64,000 nucleotides of DNA, taken from NCBI RefSeq assembly GCF_009914755.1, contig NC_060926.1; one strand, 5' to 3'. Positions 59,121 to 64,000 of this stretch are shown here, piece after piece. The notes beneath the pieces were generated by a model, which was given only the letters and a program-made list of their open reading frames with translations, searched no databases and was not told the origin of the DNA. The first letter of the stretch is position 1. Each line of letters begins with the position of its first letter. The position numbers were made by a program, and so were the translations under genes. This stretch comes from the human T2T-CHM13v2.0 reference genome, Homo sapiens.

Positions 59121-62100
59121 GATGGATCCAGAAGCCAGCCCAAGCTGCCGCCTACTTCTCTTGGACTGGGAGCTGACTCTGGTACTCTCTCTACTGGCAG
59201 GGTGCTGCCGACCCAATGTGCATGGATTTAATTGCAATGCAGAAATAGTCATGGGGAGATGTCCCTTAACTGTAGCCCTATCACAGGGTGTCTGTAGCCC
59301 CATGGTGAGGTGTCTGTCTGTAGCCCTGCTGCAGGGTGTCTGGATTGGTGAGTATCCTAGGTGCTGCCAATGCCTCTTTCCTTCTCCCAACTGGTTCCGT
59401 AGCCCTATGGTGGGGTGTCTGTAGCCCCATTGTGTGATGTCTGTTTGTAGCTTCACCATGGGGTGTCGGTGTCTATAGCCTCATTACTGGATGTCTGTTC
59501 AGCTCCTGGGGGTCTTGGCTCTTTCTAACTAACAGGTTGGCTCTTTCTAACTAGTAGGAACAGTCCTGGTTTGGGAGACTTCTCCTCAATCAAGACGATT
59601 TCGAGGAGGTTTCTCAGATGGAGAAAAGGAGGATAGTTTGGAAGGGATACTCTTGGAGTTCTTGGTTGGGAATCTGATTTGGAAGGCCTTCTGTCCGTCT
59701 CATCTTTGTGTGTGTTTGCATATGTGGAAGGGATCTCAGAAGGGGTTGCTAATGGAAGTCCAGCAGGCCTAACTGAGAGAACCCTCCTTATTTGTCTGGT
59801 CACATTCAGTGAGCCCTAAAGAAGGCTCAACAGGCCTGTCTCTTGGGGCCTGTCTCTGCTCTTCACCTTACCCAGAGACCCCATGTGAATTACCATTCGG
59901 AGGTCGTCCATCCCCACCTGCGATGGATCAAAGCAACAGGGATCAACTGGAAAAAGTTTGAGCTTTGCCAGGTTGATACTGGGTGCTGAGCGAGGTGACT
60001 ATGTTTGTTTTGATATGTGTGTTTTGCTGGGATGGAAAATGTTAATTTAGTTCCCCATGCAGCCTGTTGGGCAGCATCTGGCAAAGTAAGAATATTTCTT
60101 ATGGTTCCATAAAACAGGAAAGGGTGATTTTCTCTTGAAAAGTGGCTTGAACTCCACAGCTGTGGTGCAGTGAGCATGGTCATCAGAAGCCACTCCGTTC
60201 TGGAAGCTGTAGAGAAAGGGAGCCCAGAAACCTGGTATTCCGGCAAAAAGGATAAGAAATTCTTATCAGCCAAGTTTCTGGTCTCTCTCTCTCTCTGTCT
60301 GGGTAAACGGTAAATGTCACTATTTGTCTCTCTGCAAAGGTTTGATTAAGAAAAAGGATTTGTAAGACCCTAGTCTTAGGCGGTAGCAAAACTGGTGTAC
60401 TTTGTGCTAAGAATTTGTCTTTGTCTTTCTGTATTCTGTAATGAAGAAAGGAGTATCACAGGATAGAATGTGGGTTTAGGACCCTTATAAGGCAGCTTTT
60501 CAAGCCAGCCTGTTAGGCTTATGAGTTACAAACTTTGCTACGGGTCTTTGAAACCAACACCGTATGAAATTTCTGTCTTGTTTTATTTCCTTAAGAGCTT
60601 AACCGTTTGACCATGTGGGGATACTTTCTCTTGGTTTCCACCATCCAGAGGACAGGAATTTTGAGGTTCATGTCATAGTGAACCCTAAAAATTTTCTTGG
60701 GCAGTTAAAAGCCTTTGCAAGCTTCAGATTGGCTTCTCTAGGCTCCTTCTGGGAAGAGCAATAGAAACTGCTCATTGCTATAACTCAGCAGCCAAGGCTT
60801 TGCTTTTTGACAATGACGGCCTGACTTCTATTCTTGGCTTCTGAAAAGACTCCTTTCTGTTTTTTTTAATTTATGTAACTTTGCCATTTATTGAGGTTCC
60901 TCCCCATCATGAATAGCTTCTGATTTCCTGTCTTGAATTTTCCTTTCTCTAAACTACCCTGGGGGAGATTCTAAATCTTGCAAAAAAAGAAACTGCTTAC
61001 CATGTCTTTGAGACACCTATGTCCCTGGTTAAGTTATAACCTTAGTTAGAACTGATTAATTTCATGTAGGAAGTTACCTGTGGTAGAATTCAAAAGCCAA
61101 AACTATTGGCCACTTGGCATGGCTAGAGTTGGGTAATAAAAAAATTTTAAAGGATTTTTTTTAAGAGTGCTATGGTTAAAAGTCAGCTTAATTAAAAGTG
61201 GATAAACAAGCTATAGGCATTTTAAAAGGTCTCTATGTTTTTCTCTTCTTGGAACTTGTTTTTCTGGAAAAAGGTTTTTTCTTCTCAGTTGACTGAATTA
61301 TTTTTCTCCATTTCCTTTCTTTGTCTGTCCACTCTTAATGCACCCACAACAGGCTCTTCTGGTAGCCTGGGACTCATTGGGAAAAAGGAGAAGTCACCAC
61401 AGACCCCGTTTGGGGAAAAACCTCCATTTTCCTCATGAAACCCCGGGAATTAAAATTGGATAGATCCCTCTCAAAATCAAAGGCTCTGTTCTCTTTTACG
61501 TTGTGTTATCTGACGGTTTTGAGTTTTAGGGGTATCAGAAATAACTTTGTATTATGACAGAGCTTTGGTGTGTAATAACTAGGTAGGAAATATGCTTTAA
61601 GGGATGGCTAATAGTAGTTATGGAGGGATACCTGACCCTTTGCACACTTGGATCAGAGAAGCACGCTATTGTCCACCTGGAAGGTAAGGAAACATCTCCA
61701 CCCCACACTGGGAGATAAGATCCCCATGGGGGATGGGCTGATGACAAAACGGTTGATTGGCTTTGGGTTGCCCTGAAATGAAATGTATGGTAAAAGCACT
61801 GCACTGTCTTCTCCAATAGTATTTCCTTCCTTTTGGGGATCCAGAATCCAGTATAAAATGGCAAACTCAATTTTGGGAATCTGTCTTTGCCTTCAGCTGC
61901 TTATTTGCTGCTTATTTGGCCCCAGAAATGCATGCTTTCCTGGCCCTCTTCCTCCAAGGGCTCCACTCTGAAGCCAGTAATCCAATTAAGAAACTGGCAA
62001 ATGAAAAATCTTACAAGTGCCGAATCTTCTGTCTGTCTGTATTTATATGTGTTGGGTGTCTGTGTTATGTTTATATATAAAAGAGCTCTGATTAATTGGC

Positions 62101-62504
62101 TTTGAAAAATAAGCGCTTAAATCAAATATTTTTTCAGAAAAATAGAAAATTTAATGCCTTTTTGTTCATGTGACTTTAGTAGTCTTTTGGAAATAATGAC
62201 AGTTTTAAAGATTATTGGTAATGGCTGGGCGCAGTGGCTCACGCCTGTAATCCCAGCACTTTGGGAGGCCGAGGCAGGTGGATCACCTGAGGTCGTTGTG
62301 GTGGGTGCCTGTAACCCCAGCTATTCAGGAAGCTGAGGCAGGGGAATCACTTGAACCCCGGAGGCAGAGGTTGCAGTGAGCCGAGATTCCATCGCAGGAC
62401 TTGGTCTCAAAAAAAAAAAAAAAAAAAAAAAGGCTTGAAAATGTAGACATTTGGTCTAAATTAAGGTCAGATATCAGATTTGCTATATGCTTTAAGGTCA
62501 AACT
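59121..62504 (+). mobile_element. ERV1 internal sequence (HUERS-P1/MER4-group-like), non-coding
   Basis: Leader with ctgtagccc repeats, then MER4-int-like motifs (aaaagagctctgattaattggctt; cagtataaaatggca); no long ORF. Confidence 0.75.
62223..62431 (+). mobile_element. Alu with two internal deletions
   Basis: Left arm jumps from cctgaggtc to right-arm gtggtgggtgcctgta; 3' part also shortened; poly(A) present. Confidence 0.92.
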
Positions 62505-63620
<1,116 letters not shown>

Positions 63621-63635
63621 AAAACATAGGGGGTA

Positions 63636-64000
63636 TGCTATGATATGAATGTTTGCATCCCCCTAAAATTCATATGTTGAAACCTAATCACCAATGTTAT
63701 GATATTAGGAGGTAGGGCCTTTGGGAGATTGGAGGGGGTGGTCAAGAGGGAGAGTGGAGCCCTCATGAGTGGGATTAGTGCCCTTATAAATCAGGCTCCA
63801 GAGAGCTGCCTTGACCTTTCTCCATGTGAGGACATACGGAGAAGCTGCCCTTTCTATGAACCAGGAGGCAGGCCCTTACCAAACACTGAATCTGCCAAAA
63901 CCTTGATCTTGGACTTCCCAGCCTTCAGAACTGTGAGAAATAAATGTTTGTTGTTTATAAGACACCCATTTATAGTATTTTGTTATAGCAGCCCAAATTT
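63636..64000 (+). mobile_element. MLT1A-type MaLR LTR (runs to the window end)
   Basis: tgctatgatatgaatgtttg...aaaattcatatgttgaaacctaa...gaactgtgagaaataaatgtttgttgtttataag. Confidence 0.9.

Noticed and set aside
59268-59490. Repeat array superficially like CRISPR
   Set aside because: Eukaryotic ERV leader; degenerate abutting units with no unique spacers or cas genes.

Overview
Primate (human-like) non-coding genomic DNA, intronic or intergenic. I could not identify the locus. About 30 Alu copies (J, S and Y types, most with readable target-site duplications, TSDs) sit among older L1, L2, L3, MIR, MaLR/ERV LTR and hAT fragments plus microsatellites. No protein-coding exon, RNA gene or CpG island is supportable; the supplied ORFs are mostly Alu or simple-repeat read-throughs. 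The most notable structure is at 59121-63226: an ERV1-class (HUERS-P1/LTR8-like) sequence with no 5' LTR. Its 3' LTR stops 16 nt after AATAAA, continues into a poly(A) tail, and the unit is bounded by a perfect 15-bp direct repeat. This is the signature of an L1-made processed copy of a retroviral RNA, not an integrase-made provirus. Also present are two consensus-matching CTCF motifs in the same orientation, a four-layer Alu/MER58 nest, and a 270-bp pure pyrimidine tract. Repeat family and subfamily names come from my recall of consensus sequences and need RepeatMasker/Dfam confirmation; boundaries of old elements are approximate. I found no evidence of a new protein-based biological system.
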